Positions 9,825-19,569 of a DNA stretch of 64,000 nt are shown piece after piece (the first letter of the stretch is position 1; each line of letters opens with the position of its first letter). The translations under genes and the position numbers were made by a program. Location of the stretch: positions 448,001-512,000 of the forward strand of contig CAWCKH010000004.1 in the NCBI GenBank assembly GCA_963796055.1, written 5' to 3'. The DNA is from an uncultured delta proteobacterium. Its GTDB lineage: Bacteria > Myxococcota > Myxococcia > Myxococcales > Myxococcaceae. The notes below the pieces were generated by a model, which saw only the letters and a list, made by a program, of their open reading frames with translations, searched no databases and was not told where the DNA came from.

Positions 9825-10886
9825 TCAGGGCGCCGGTGGCGAGCCCCGCTGGGCGCGTCGGGAGAAGCGAAGAATGGCCCGGAAGAGCTCGTCGATCGCC
9901 TCGGGGTCGAGCTGAAGCGATTCCGCCCAGGCACGGCGTTCCACGAGGAGGCGGGCCTCGCGCTCGGGGTCCACGATGGGGTGACCGAGCTCGGCCTTGG
10001 CCTTCCCGGCGCGCTGGGCCAGGGTGGCGCGACGGGCGAGGAGCGCGACCAGCTCACGGTCCAGGGCGTCGATCAGCTCCCGTGCCTCCTGGAGCTCGGG
10101 AGAGCGGGCGCCGAGGTCCGGGATGGCGAACCGCGCGGACTCGAGACCGGCCTCCGCCGGGGTGGCGTCCAGCGCCCGATCGATCTCGCCGAGCGCCTGG
10201 AGCAGCTGGCGGCGAGCCTCGTGGGCGAAGGGGTTCTCGCGCTGGATGGCGGCGAAGAGGTGTCCGGCGTCCGAGCGCACCGTCTCGATGGTGCGGGAGA
10301 TGGCCTGGAACGAGGGCGGCGCGAAGGGAACGTCCATTCCGGCTCCGGCGTCCAGCATGCCCTTGGCCACGAAGAAGGTCAGCGCGTGGGTGTGGGCCAT
10401 CACCCGGTCGTGTCCCTCGGGCGTCTGCTCGATGACCTCGCAGCCAATCCGTCGGTAGAGCTCGCCGGCGCGCACCGCCGCCCCGGGGTGGCGCGGGGAG
10501 GGACAGACCACCACCCGCAAGGGTCGCTCGGCGAGCGCCAGGCTCACCGGGCCGAAGAGCGGATGGGTGGCCACCCAGGGGATGGCGTCGCCGAGCACCG
10601 CTTCCAGATCTGCGTAGGGGTGCACCTTCACGCTGCCGACGTCCAGGACCACCTGGTCCGGGGTGAGGTGTGGCCGCAGGGAGTCCAGCGCCTCGCGGGT
10701 CCGAGGCACCGGGACCGCCAGCACCACCAGGCTCGCCCCGGACACCAGCCCCTGGAGCCCGGGCGCCCGCACCGGCTCGGGGACGTCGACGCCGGAGTCG
10801 AGCGCGCGGTAGGGGATCTGCGCCTCCTCGAGGAGCGAGCCCAGCGCCCTCCCGAAGCGTCCGAACCCCAGCAGCGCGACCACCAT
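9825..10886 (-). CDS. tyrA: Prephenate dehydrogenase fused to a C-terminal chorismate mutase (AroQ-type)
   Basis: GFGRFG Rossmann motif, LDVGSVK, HPLFGP, HDRVMA; C-terminal LQEARELIDALDRELVALLARR...K......IVDPERE. Confidence 0.88.
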   Translation of the reverse strand: MVVALLGFGRFGRALGSLLEEAQIPYRALDSGVDVPEPVRAPGLQGLVSGASLVVLAVPVPRTREALDSLRPHLTPDQVVLDVGSVKVHPYADLEAVLGDAIPWVATHPLFGPVSLALAERPLRVVVCPSPRHPGAAVRAGELYRRIGCEVIEQTPEGHDRVMAHTHALTFFVAKGMLDAGAGMDVPFAPPSFQAISRTIETVRSDAGHLFAAIQRENPFAHEARRQLLQALGEIDRALDATPAEAGLESARFAIPDLGARSPELQEARELIDALDRELVALLARRATLAQRAGKAKAELGHPIVDPEREARLLVERRAWAESLQLDPEAIDELFRAILRFSRRAQRGSPPAP

Positions 10887-10905
10887 GCCCGGGACTGTAG
10901 CTCCC

Positions 10906-12273
10906 CTACAGCTTGGCGTGCGCTCCGGCCTCGAGCGCCTTCAGCTCCTGCTCGATCTTCTGCTCCGACTCCGGATTGCGCTGTGTGGCGGGCAGCGTCC
11001 TGATCAGGGCGAGCTGCTCGCGGAGGACCGGCGCCTTGTCCTTCCCCTGTACCTCGAGGATACGAGCCTTCAGCCCCAGGACGCCCACCTTCCGCGGTCC
11101 CTGCGTCATCAGCGCCAGCGCGCGGTTCACGGCGGCCTCGGCCTCGTGGGCACGCTTCTCCTCGAGGAGCACGCGGGCGAGGCGCGCCGGCGGGTTGTAG
11201 TCGGTGGGCATCTCCTTCTCGCGGGTGGCGAGCAGGGCCTCGGCCTTCGCCGGCTCGCCGAGGTAGAGGTAGGTGTCGGTCCGGTGGGCGTCGAACGTCG
11301 CGGCGGTGGTGGCGTCGGGAGCGGCGGCCGCGGCGGTCTCCAGCATCGCCGAGCGCTTGCGCATCACCGCCACCGCCTCCTCGTGCCGACCGAGCTCATC
11401 GAGCCGGTCTGCGAGATAGGCGTAGAGGTCGCTCCGGTCGTCTACCGAGAGCGCGGCCTTCGCATCCCCGGCCAGCGTCTCGATCCGCTTCAGCGCCGCG
11501 GCCAATAGCTCCTTCGCCCCGGGTACGTCCTTGGCCTTCGCCGCACACTCCGCGGCGTGCTCGCTGACGTCCCCGCCGGGAGGAGTCGCCGGCGCCCTCG
11601 GCAGCTCCGAGCTCGCCAGCGCCAGGCATTCTCTGAGTCCCTCGGGAGTGCTCAGCCGGCCGAGCGTGGCGAGGAGCAGGCTGACGCGCTCGGGGCGGTG
11701 GGGGTCGTTCCTGGCCGAGAGCGCCACGGACCGCCGGTATGCCGCGGCCGCTGCGGCGTAGTCCCTCCTCTGCTGTGCCGCGTGGCCCTCCTGCTCCGCC
11801 CGCGCCGCCTCCGGGACCTTCCCGCCCTTCCGGGCCGCCTGCCAGGCCCCGGTGGTGTCGAGGACGAACTGGCGCATCTCGTTGACCGAGGACGTCCCCA
11901 GCCAGCGCCCGATGACCTGCTCGGTGTACGGATCGATGAGCAGGAATGTCGGCAGGCCGTCGGCCGGGAACTTCTCCACCACTTCACGGTTCTTCTCCGC
12001 CTCCGTCTCCACCGAGAGCCAGACCACGGCGTCCTTCGCCGGCCGCAGCCCCGCGTCGGGGAAGACGAACGACCGCATCGACAGGCACGAGTGGCACCAG
12101 GTGGCCCAGCTGTCGAGGAACAGCGGCTTCTTCTCCGCCCTCGCCTTCGCCAGGGCCCCCCGGTAGTCGTCCTCGAGGAAGACGATGCCCGACGCGGGTG
12201 GCTTGCCGGAGGCATGGGGCGTCGCAGTGGCCGGTGCGGCGAGAACGGACAGGGTCAGCAGGGCGGAGAGCAT
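10906..12273 (-). CDS. Exported thioredoxin-family protein with TPR-like helical C-terminus
   Basis: Signal peptide; KPLFLDSWATWCHSC; cis-Pro loop GLPTFLLID; helical repeats. Confidence 0.85.
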   Translation of the reverse strand: MLSALLTLSVLAAPATATPHASGKPPASGIVFLEDDYRGALAKARAEKKPLFLDSWATWCHSCLSMRSFVFPDAGLRPAKDAVVWLSVETEAEKNREVVEKFPADGLPTFLLIDPYTEQVIGRWLGTSSVNEMRQFVLDTTGAWQAARKGGKVPEAARAEQEGHAAQQRRDYAAAAAAYRRSVALSARNDPHRPERVSLLLATLGRLSTPEGLRECLALASSELPRAPATPPGGDVSEHAAECAAKAKDVPGAKELLAAALKRIETLAGDAKAALSVDDRSDLYAYLADRLDELGRHEEAVAVMRKRSAMLETAAAAAPDATTAATFDAHRTDTYLYLGEPAKAEALLATREKEMPTDYNPPARLARVLLEEKRAHEAEAAVNRALALMTQGPRKVGVLGLKARILEVQGKDKAPVLREQLALIRTLPATQRNPESEQKIEQELKALEAGAHAKL

Positions 12274-12448
12274 GTGGACGGGGGTGGAACCTAACCCCTC
12301 GGACGGGCCGAGGCTCCGTCGATTGCAGCGAACCGCCCGGGGTTCCGGCAGTCTCGGGGCGTCTCTCGCTCTGACCCGTCCGGGCTACGCCTGGCCCCCT
12401 TGCAAGACGCGGCGTGGTAGATCGCCTCGCTCTGCCCAGGGGAGAACC

Positions 12449-13606
12449 ATGAACAGAACGGCCGTCCTCTTCCGTCTCGCCTCTCTCGTCCTCCTGATCG
12501 CATTGCCCGCCCCGGCGAAGGAATCGGTGAAGCTCGCCTTCATCGGTCCCCTCACCGGCGGGAACTCGGCCATCGGGCTCGGCGGCCGCAACTCGGCCGA
12601 CCTTGCGGTGAAGCTGAAGAACGCCGACCCCAAGTCGAAGTACCTCTACGAGCTTGTGGTGCTCGACGACGAGTGCAAGCCCGACACCGGGGTCCAGGTC
12701 GCCACCAAGGCCGGAGCCGACCGGTCGATCGTCGCCGGAGTCACCCACTACTGCTCGGTGGTGGCGATCGCGACGGTGGACACCTTCCACCGTCTCGGGC
12801 TCCCCACCATCGTCTGGGGCGCGGTGCTGCCCGACATCACGTATGCGAACAAGTACCCGGAGATCCACCGGGTGAACGGGACGATGATCAACCAGAACGA
12901 GACCGCGGCAAAGCTCATGCTGAAGCAGGGCTTCCGGCGGTGGGTGATCATCCACGACACCACGGATTACGGGAAGGGCCACGACAAGTACTTCACCCAG
13001 TTCGCCACCGCGGGCGGCGGGAAGATCCTCGGCGACTTCGGCGTCACCGCGGACCAGCAGGACTTCACCGCCGAGCTCACCCAGGCCAAGGGGCTCAATC
13101 CGGAGGCCATCTTCTTCGGCGGGCTCACCCCGATCGGCGTCCGCATCCGCGCGCAGATGGACAAGCTCGGCATCAACGCCCAGTTCCAGGGCACCTCGGG
13201 CATCGTCAACGACGACTTCATCAAGGCCCTGGGACCGCTGGCCGAGGGGGTGGTTGCCTTCCGCGAGGGCGCGCCGGCAGAGAAGCTGCCCGGGGGCAAG
13301 TTCTTCCTCGAGAAGTACGCCGAGCAGAAGTACTCCAATCCGCCCGAGGCCTACGGCCCGTTCGCCTATGCCGCGGCGAAGCTCCTGATGGACACCATCG
13401 ACAAGGTGGGGCCAGACCGGAAGAAGGTCATCACCGCGCTCGCCGGGGTGAAGAACGTGGACTCCATCGTCGGCCCCATCACCTTCGACGACCACGGCCA
13501 GAACACGGTCGCGGTCATCACCGCGCTGGTGGTCCAGGACGGGAAGTGGGTGGTCTGGGAGGACAGCGAGTACGCCAGCGGGAAGCGCAAGCTGAAGGGG
13601 CGCTGA
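12449..13606 (+). CDS. livK: HAAT-family (branched-chain amino acid) ABC substrate-binding protein
   Basis: Signal peptide; KLAFIGPLTGG, DDECKP, HYCS, HDTTDYGKG. GGAG RBS. Confidence 0.9.
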   Translation: MNRTAVLFRLASLVLLIALPAPAKESVKLAFIGPLTGGNSAIGLGGRNSADLAVKLKNADPKSKYLYELVVLDDECKPDTGVQVATKAGADRSIVAGVTHYCSVVAIATVDTFHRLGLPTIVWGAVLPDITYANKYPEIHRVNGTMINQNETAAKLMLKQGFRRWVIIHDTTDYGKGHDKYFTQFATAGGGKILGDFGVTADQQDFTAELTQAKGLNPEAIFFGGLTPIGVRIRAQMDKLGINAQFQGTSGIVNDDFIKALGPLAEGVVAFREGAPAEKLPGGKFFLEKYAEQKYSNPPEAYGPFAYAAAKLLMDTIDKVGPDRKKVITALAGVKNVDSIVGPITFDDHGQNTVAVITALVVQDGKWVVWEDSEYASGKRKLKGR

Positions 13607-13625
13607 GCGCCGGGCCGGCCGGGCC

Positions 13626-14540
13626 GTGGATCTCCTCGCCCAGTACGTGATGAACGGCGTGATGCTGGGGCTCATGTACGCCCTGGTCGCGCTGGGGTTC
13701 ACGCTCTTCTTTGGCGTGCTGGACGTGGTGCAGTTTGCCCACGGAGACGTGCTCACCGCCGGTGCCTTCGCCGGTCTCGCCGCTTACGCCGCGCTGGTCC
13801 ACGCGGGCGTGCAGTCGGCGGTCCCCCAGCTGCTCGCGGTGGTGCTCGCCGCCACGCTGTCCATGGCGGTGCTCGGCGCGGTCCTGGGCCGAATGCTGGT
13901 GCTCCCGCTCAGGGGCGCACCGGCGCTGAACGTGCTCCTCGCCACGCTGATGGGCGGCACCGCGCTCCGCGAGTGCATCCGCCTCTTCTACCCCGGTGGC
14001 TCGCAGCCGCAGCGCTTCCCCGCACTGCTCCCCAGCGCCTCGTGGTCGGTGGGGCGCTTCACCCTTCGTCTGGACAACGTGCTGATGATCGTCGCCGGGG
14101 TGCTGCTCGTCGTCGGGCTGTCGCTGGTGCTGCGGCGGACCAGGCTCGGCCTGGCCATCCGCGCGGTCGCCCAGGACGAGGAGACCGCTCGCACCATGGG
14201 GATCGACTTCCGCCAGGTGGTGCTCCTCACCTTCGCAATCGGCTCGGCGCTGGCGGCGTTCGCCGGGGTGATGAACGGGCTCTACTACAACGAGATCAAC
14301 TTCGGCTCCGGGCTGCTCCTCGGGGTGATCGGGTTCAGCGCCGCGGTGCTCGGAGGGCTGGGAAGCTTCGAGGGCGCGGTGCTCGGTGGATTCCTCTTCG
14401 CCGGGCTGCAGACGCTGGGCGCGGTCGCCCTGCCCTTCGCCTCCGCGTACAAGGACGTGTTCGCCTTCACCGTGGTCATCCTCCTCATGACCTGGAGGCC
14501 CACCGGTCTCATCGGGGAGCAGCTGGGCGAACGGGTATGA
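13626..14540 (+). CDS. livH: HAAT ABC permease
   Basis: NGVMLGLMYALVALGFTL, QFAHGD, TRLGLAIRAVAQD, AAVLGGLGS. Confidence 0.9.
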   Translation: MDLLAQYVMNGVMLGLMYALVALGFTLFFGVLDVVQFAHGDVLTAGAFAGLAAYAALVHAGVQSAVPQLLAVVLAATLSMAVLGAVLGRMLVLPLRGAPALNVLLATLMGGTALRECIRLFYPGGSQPQRFPALLPSASWSVGRFTLRLDNVLMIVAGVLLVVGLSLVLRRTRLGLAIRAVAQDEETARTMGIDFRQVVLLTFAIGSALAAFAGVMNGLYYNEINFGSGLLLGVIGFSAAVLGGLGSFEGAVLGGFLFAGLQTLGAVALPFASAYKDVFAFTVVILLMTWRPTGLIGEQLGERV

Positions 14541-15685
14541 GCGTTCCGCGTGCCGGGGCAAGGGCGCTGTCGGCAGCGGGGATCGCTGCGGTGACCGGGC
14601 TGCTCCTGTACGCCTTCCTCTCCGCCGAATCGGAGCGGACGGTGGGTCTGGTGGTCGCTGGCGCCCTGGTCGCCGTGGCAGCTGGGCTCAGGAGCCGTGT
14701 GCTCCCGAGGCTGGTCGAGGCTGCAGGACCGACGGGAGTGCTCGCCGGACTGGGAGCCGCGGCGCTGGTGCTGATCGGCGTTTTCCACGACGACCCCTTC
14801 GTGCTGCTGCTCATGGCCCGCGCGCTCCTGGTGCTGGTGGCGTGCCTGGGCCTCCACGTCCAGCTGGCCGACGCCGGCGTCCCCAACTTCGCGGGCGCAG
14901 CCTTCTTCGGCGTGGGCGGCTACACGGCGGCGGTGCTCGGCCGGGGAGCCCTCCCCCATCCGCTGGTGCTGCTCGCCAGCGCGGCCGCGGCGGCCGCGGT
15001 CGGCTCGCTGCTGCTCCTGCCACTGCTCCGGACGCGAGGCCACTACGCCGCGCTGATCACCATCGCCTTCGGGCTCCTCTTCCGGACGTTCCTCGAGGTC
15101 AACGAGACGCTCGGTGGGCCCCAGGGACTCAAGCTCGGAGGACTCCGGCTCTTCGGCTGGAGCTTCAACGACGACCGGCAGCTGCTGGGCGTCGAGTTCT
15201 CCGGATATGCGTTCTACTGTCTGGCGGCGGTCGCCCTGGCGCTGGCCGCGGTGTGGCTGGTGCGGCGGCTGGAACGCTCGTGGATCGGCGTGGCGCTCGA
15301 CGCGGTCCGACTCGACGAGACCGCGGCGGCCTGCTTCGGCATCTCCATCGGACGGTGGAAGATCGCCGCCTTCACCATCGGGAACGCCCTGATCGGTGTC
15401 GCCGGAGGGCTGTCGGCGATGATGGTGGGGTTCATCGCCCCCAACAACTTCACCTTCCAGGAATCGCTGGTCCTGGTCTCCATCCTGCTCCTTGGCGGGC
15501 TGGGCAACCTCGCCGGGCTGGCTGCGGCCGCGCTCATCGTCCTCTGGCTCCCGGAGAAGCTGCAGCCCATCCAGGAGTACCGGTATCTCCTGTTCTCGGT
15601 CCTGGTGGTGCTGGTGCTGGTGCTCCGCCCCACGGGGCTGATCCGGCGAAGCGTCCGCCGGCCTTTTGGGAGCGTGGCCGCGTGA
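14537..15685 (+). CDS. livM: HAAT ABC permease
   Basis: ATGA overlap with livH; AAFFGVGGY, LRTRGHYAALITIAFG, LGGPQGL, LLLGGLG. Confidence 0.88.
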   Translation: MSVPRAGARALSAAGIAAVTGLLLYAFLSAESERTVGLVVAGALVAVAAGLRSRVLPRLVEAAGPTGVLAGLGAAALVLIGVFHDDPFVLLLMARALLVLVACLGLHVQLADAGVPNFAGAAFFGVGGYTAAVLGRGALPHPLVLLASAAAAAAVGSLLLLPLLRTRGHYAALITIAFGLLFRTFLEVNETLGGPQGLKLGGLRLFGWSFNDDRQLLGVEFSGYAFYCLAAVALALAAVWLVRRLERSWIGVALDAVRLDETAAACFGISIGRWKIAAFTIGNALIGVAGGLSAMMVGFIAPNNFTFQESLVLVSILLLGGLGNLAGLAAAALIVLWLPEKLQPIQEYRYLLFSVLVVLVLVLRPTGLIRRSVRRPFGSVAA

Positions 15686-16464
15686 GCTCGCCCGAGGCCC
15701 TCCTGGTGACCCGCGGGCTCACGCGCCAGTTCGGCGGGCTGGTGGCGCTCGCCGGGCTGGACCTGGAGGTCCGGCGGGGGGAGCTCCTCGGGCTCATCGG
15801 ACCCAACGGCTCGGGGAAGACCACCTTCTTCAACGTCCTCACCGGACTGTTTCCGGCGAGCCGGGGCGAGGTGCTCTTCGCCGGAGCCTCGCTCGGCCGC
15901 GCCACCCCCCAGGCCATCTGCCGCGCCGGCATCACCCGCACCTTCCAGCGCTCGCGGTTGTGTCTCGACCTGTCGATCTTCGACAATCTGGCCATCGGAG
16001 CGCACCAGCGGCTCGATCACCGGCTGTGGTTCAACGTGCTCCGCCGCACCGCTCTGGCGAGGCAGGCTGACGCGACCAGGACGGCGGCGACGGTGCTGCT
16101 GGAGATCTTCGACCCTCCGCTGGCGCGACGACTGTTCGAGCCGATGACGGGCGTGGCGATGATCGACCGTCGCCGGGTGGAGATCTGCCGGGCGCTCATG
16201 AGCCATCCCCGGCTCCTGCTCCTCGACGAGCCTTCGGCGGGGATGACCGGGGAGGAGACCACCCGCCTGATGGACGACATCCTCGAGGTGCGCCGGCGGT
16301 TCGGAGACCTGACCATCGTGCTCATCGAGCACGAGATGTCAGTGATCGAGCGGGTCACCGACCGGTGCGTGGTGCTGAACTACGGGAAGAAGCTCTGCGA
16401 GGGCACCTTCGCCGAGGTATCCAGCGACCCCGAGGTCCGCCGGGCGTACCTGGGGGTGACATGA
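15682..16464 (+). CDS. livG: HAAT ABC ATPase
   Basis: GTGA overlap; FGGLVAL, GPNGSGKT, RTFQ, LLLDEPSAG, IEHEM, EVRRAYLG. Confidence 0.9.
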   Translation: MSSPEALLVTRGLTRQFGGLVALAGLDLEVRRGELLGLIGPNGSGKTTFFNVLTGLFPASRGEVLFAGASLGRATPQAICRAGITRTFQRSRLCLDLSIFDNLAIGAHQRLDHRLWFNVLRRTALARQADATRTAATVLLEIFDPPLARRLFEPMTGVAMIDRRRVEICRALMSHPRLLLLDEPSAGMTGEETTRLMDDILEVRRRFGDLTIVLIEHEMSVIERVTDRCVVLNYGKKLCEGTFAEVSSDPEVRRAYLGVT

Positions 16465-17204
16465 CGGGTCCGGACGACGCGCTGGTCATCGAGCACGTGT
16501 TCACCGGCTACGACCGGGCGGACGTGCTGCAGGACGTCTCGCTCCGGATCGAGCCCGGGTCCATCACCTGCCTGCTCGGATCGAACGGTTCGGGGAAGAC
16601 CACCCTCATCCGCTCCATCCTCGGGCTCACCCCCCCAAGGAGCGGGCGCATTGCGTTCGCCGGGGCCGAGCTCACCCGTCTGCCAACCCACCGCATCGTC
16701 CGCCTGGGCATCGGTTGCATTCCGGAGGGACGTCGGGTCTTCCCCCGGCTCTCCGTTCTGGAGAATCTCCTGGTCGCCGCCCACGGCGAGCGAAGGCCCG
16801 AGGTCGTGGGCCGGAGGCTCGAACGCGTGTTCGCCACCTTCCCCGCGCTGGCCGACCGACGGACGCAGCTCGCGGGCACGATGTCCGGTGGCGAGCAAGC
16901 CATGGTGTCCATCGGGCGCGGTCTGATGTCGGAGCCCCGGCTGCTCCTGGTGGACGAGCCGTCGCTCGGCCTATCTCCCCGGCTGGTGCAGGAGACCTTC
17001 GCCGTGCTCAGGCAGATCCACCAGGCCGGAGTGACCATCTTCCTGGTCGAGCAGAATGTGCACCAGACCCTCGGCATCGCCACCCGCGGGTATGTCCTGG
17101 CCAAGGGGCGAGTGATGACGTCCGGCACCGCCGCCGAGCTGCGCGCCGACCCGCAGATGCACGCGGCTTACTTCGGAGCCGGCGGAACGGAGGCGAGGCG
17201 ATGA
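16461..17204 (+). CDS. livF: HAAT ABC ATPase
   Basis: GSNGSGKT, PEGRRVF, MSGGEQ, DEPSLGLSP, LVEQN. Confidence 0.9.
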   Translation: MTGPDDALVIEHVFTGYDRADVLQDVSLRIEPGSITCLLGSNGSGKTTLIRSILGLTPPRSGRIAFAGAELTRLPTHRIVRLGIGCIPEGRRVFPRLSVLENLLVAAHGERRPEVVGRRLERVFATFPALADRRTQLAGTMSGGEQAMVSIGRGLMSEPRLLLVDEPSLGLSPRLVQETFAVLRQIHQAGVTIFLVEQNVHQTLGIATRGYVLAKGRVMTSGTAAELRADPQMHAAYFGAGGTEARR

Positions 17205-18325
17205 GCGTCGATCCAGTAGCCCTCACCCAGCAGCTCGTGCGGTTCGACACCATCAACCCCACCAGCCCGGAGCTCGACTGTGCGCGCTTCCTCGCCGAGC
17301 TGCTCGAGGACGGCGGCTTTCGGGTGCGGCTCCACGAGTTCGCCCCGGGCCGGGCGAGCCTGGTGGCGACCGCGCCGGGAGGGAGCAAGCCCCCGTTGTG
17401 CTTCGCCGGGCACATCGACACGGTGCCGCTCGGGGCCGCGCCCTGGAGGCGGAACCCGTTCGCCGGCGAGACCGACGGCGGCCGCCTCTACGGCCGCGGC
17501 TCGAGCGACATGAAGAGCGGCATCGCCGCCCTGGCCTGCGCGGCGCTCGACCTGGTGCGGTCGAGCGCGCTGCGTGACGCCGGGCTCACGCTGGTCTTCG
17601 TCGCCGGGGAGGAGACGGGCTGCGAGGGCGCCGCCCATCTGGCGCGGACCACCGGCGCGCTCGGGACCGCCGGAGCGATGGTGGTGGGAGAGCCGACCGG
17701 AGGCGCTCCGCTGGTCGGGCACAAGGGCGCGCTGTGGCTGGAGGCGCGGACGCGGGGAGTGACCGCGCACGGCTCGATGCCCGAGCGTGGGGTGAACGCC
17801 GTGTACCGGGCGGCCCGTGCGGTGTCGACGCTCGAGGCGTTCCGGTTCGACGTGTCGCCAGACCCTCTACTCGGGCGTCCCACCCTGAACGTGGGCACCA
17901 TCCGGGGCGGGCTGAACGTCAACTCGGTCCCGGACGAGGCGGTCATCGGGATCGACATTCGCACCGTGCCGGCACAGCGGCACGCGCAGGTGCGTGAGGA
18001 CCTCGCCCGGGTGCTCGGCCCCGACGTCGAGCTGAGCGCCCGGGTGGACGTGCCCGGGGTGCGCACCGACGAGCAGGACCCGTTCATCCGCCTGGTGTAC
18101 GAGCTCACCGAGCGACGGCAGGGGAAGTGGCCGGAGCCGGCCAGCGCACCCTACTTCACCGACGCGAGCATTCTGACGCCTGCGTTCGGCGGCATCCCCA
18201 CCGTCATCCTTGGACCCGGGGAGCTGGTCCAGGCGCACCAGACCGACGAGTACGCCGTGGTTCGCTGCATCGAGGAGACCACCGACCTCTACCGCGAGCT
18301 GGGCCGCCGCTGGTGCGGCGCCTGA
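17201..18325 (+). CDS. M20 family metallo-peptidase/deacylase (ArgE/DapE-like)
   Basis: GHIDTVP, GRGSSDMKSG, GEE, VGEPT, AHGSMP, AHQTDE. ATGA-coupled to livF. Confidence 0.92.
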   Translation: MSVDPVALTQQLVRFDTINPTSPELDCARFLAELLEDGGFRVRLHEFAPGRASLVATAPGGSKPPLCFAGHIDTVPLGAAPWRRNPFAGETDGGRLYGRGSSDMKSGIAALACAALDLVRSSALRDAGLTLVFVAGEETGCEGAAHLARTTGALGTAGAMVVGEPTGGAPLVGHKGALWLEARTRGVTAHGSMPERGVNAVYRAARAVSTLEAFRFDVSPDPLLGRPTLNVGTIRGGLNVNSVPDEAVIGIDIRTVPAQRHAQVREDLARVLGPDVELSARVDVPGVRTDEQDPFIRLVYELTERRQGKWPEPASAPYFTDASILTPAFGGIPTVILGPGELVQAHQTDEYAVVRCIEETTDLYRELGRRWCGA

Positions 18326-18409
18326 GGCGAGCGCTCAAGGAGTCCTGGGCATGGACCGCAGCAGCGACCGGAGGTCGCCAGTGGCTGCTCCGGGCCACCA
18401 CCGTCACGC

Positions 18410-18712
18410 TCACGCCAGCCTGGGCGTGGACGGTCCTGCGTATCTGGGGTGTCGGCCCATGATCGCGCGCCGGCACCGTGGGCAGTAGAACGTCGCGTCG
18501 CTGCCGGCCACGCGCCCGTCGTACTCCTCGAATCGGATGTAGTCGGCGAGCCCGAGCCGCGCGCGCAGCGAGCCGGCATCGAAGGTGCAGTCCACCGGAG
18601 CCCACAGCCCCCACTCCGGTCCGTAGGGGCTGGGCACGGGCTCGCCGATCTGCACGCCGTGTCTCTCCAGCTCCGTCTCCAGAGGCTCGAGGTGTGCGCA
18701 GGTCCTGGGCAT
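18410..18712 (-). CDS. Hypothetical protein with possible metal site (C-x-H ... CxxC)
   Basis: MPRTCAHLEPLETEL...TFYCPRCRRAIMG; coding-like codon usage. Confidence 0.6.
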   Translation of the reverse strand: MPRTCAHLEPLETELERHGVQIGEPVPSPYGPEWGLWAPVDCTFDAGSLRARLGLADYIRFEEYDGRVAGSDATFYCPRCRRAIMGRHPRYAGPSTPRLA

Positions 18713-18731
18713 GGGAGGCTCCGCTCCCATC

Positions 18732-19549
18732 ATGCCACGGGTGGAGATCAGCGACGGCGGCCGGGCCGGATCGGTCACCTATTGCGAGGGAGTCCACAGC
18801 GCCGACTTCTACTGGGAGTTCGCGCTCTCCCCTGCCCTGGCGATCATCACCGGGCCGAAGGCGGGCGAGTGGGAGCGCGCCTGCCCCTGGGCCACTGGAC
18901 GTCAGGCGGAGGTCTTCGCCCACGTCGCTGGCGAGGTCGTCCGGCAGAAGGCGCCCGGAACCACCCCGGAGATCGATCTCGCCGCCGGGACCATCACCCT
19001 CCTCGAGCCCACGCGCACCCCAGGACGGAAGCGACGTGGCAAGTCGCCGGCCGGACCCCTCGACGCGGTGGGTGAGCTCGAGGATGACGAGCTCGAGGCG
19101 CTCATCGACCTCATCCTCGCCGAGGGCATGAGCGGACGCGCCGTCGATGCGCTCGCCCAGATCGATCGCCCCCGGGCAAGGGCGGCGGTCGAGGAGGCCG
19201 CGCGCGACCACCTCTCGGTGGACATCCGGCTCGCCGCGGCCGAGGCGCTGCACGCCCGCGGTCAGCTCGACCTCGAGCCGGTCCTCACCCGGGAGCTCCG
19301 GGCCCTGAACCTCCCATCGGACGGGCTCGCACGGGCGCTGCGGCTCGCCGAGGCCCATCCGACCGAGGCGGTGAAGCAGGCGCTCCTCTGGGCGAGCTGG
19401 AACCAGACCGGCTGGTGTGCGGGTCGGAGGCGGTCGGCGCGATGTCGGCCGTGCTCCTCGGTCTCGGGCTGCACCGGAGCTACTTCGAGCGGAAGTCCGC
19501 CTTCGACGCGCTCTGCCAGCGCGTGGAGATGACCCTCGACCCCGGGTAG
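18732..19549 (+). pseudogene. Hypothetical protein with HEAT-like helices, frameshifted/deleted near 19410
   Basis: Protein-like until LLWASWNQTG, then low-complexity. Another frame continues protein-like (AVLLGLGLHRSYFERKSAFDALCQRVEMTLDPG*) to TAG 19549, just before the next RBS. Confidence 0.55.
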
Positions 19550-19569
19550 GGTCGGCTTCAGGAGGACCG

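Noticed and set aside
18342..18714. 13-bp direct repeat GTCCTGGGCATGG (18342 and 18702) flanking a small gene
   Set aside because: A single short match in GC-rich DNA with no recombinase or inverted repeats; plausibly chance.
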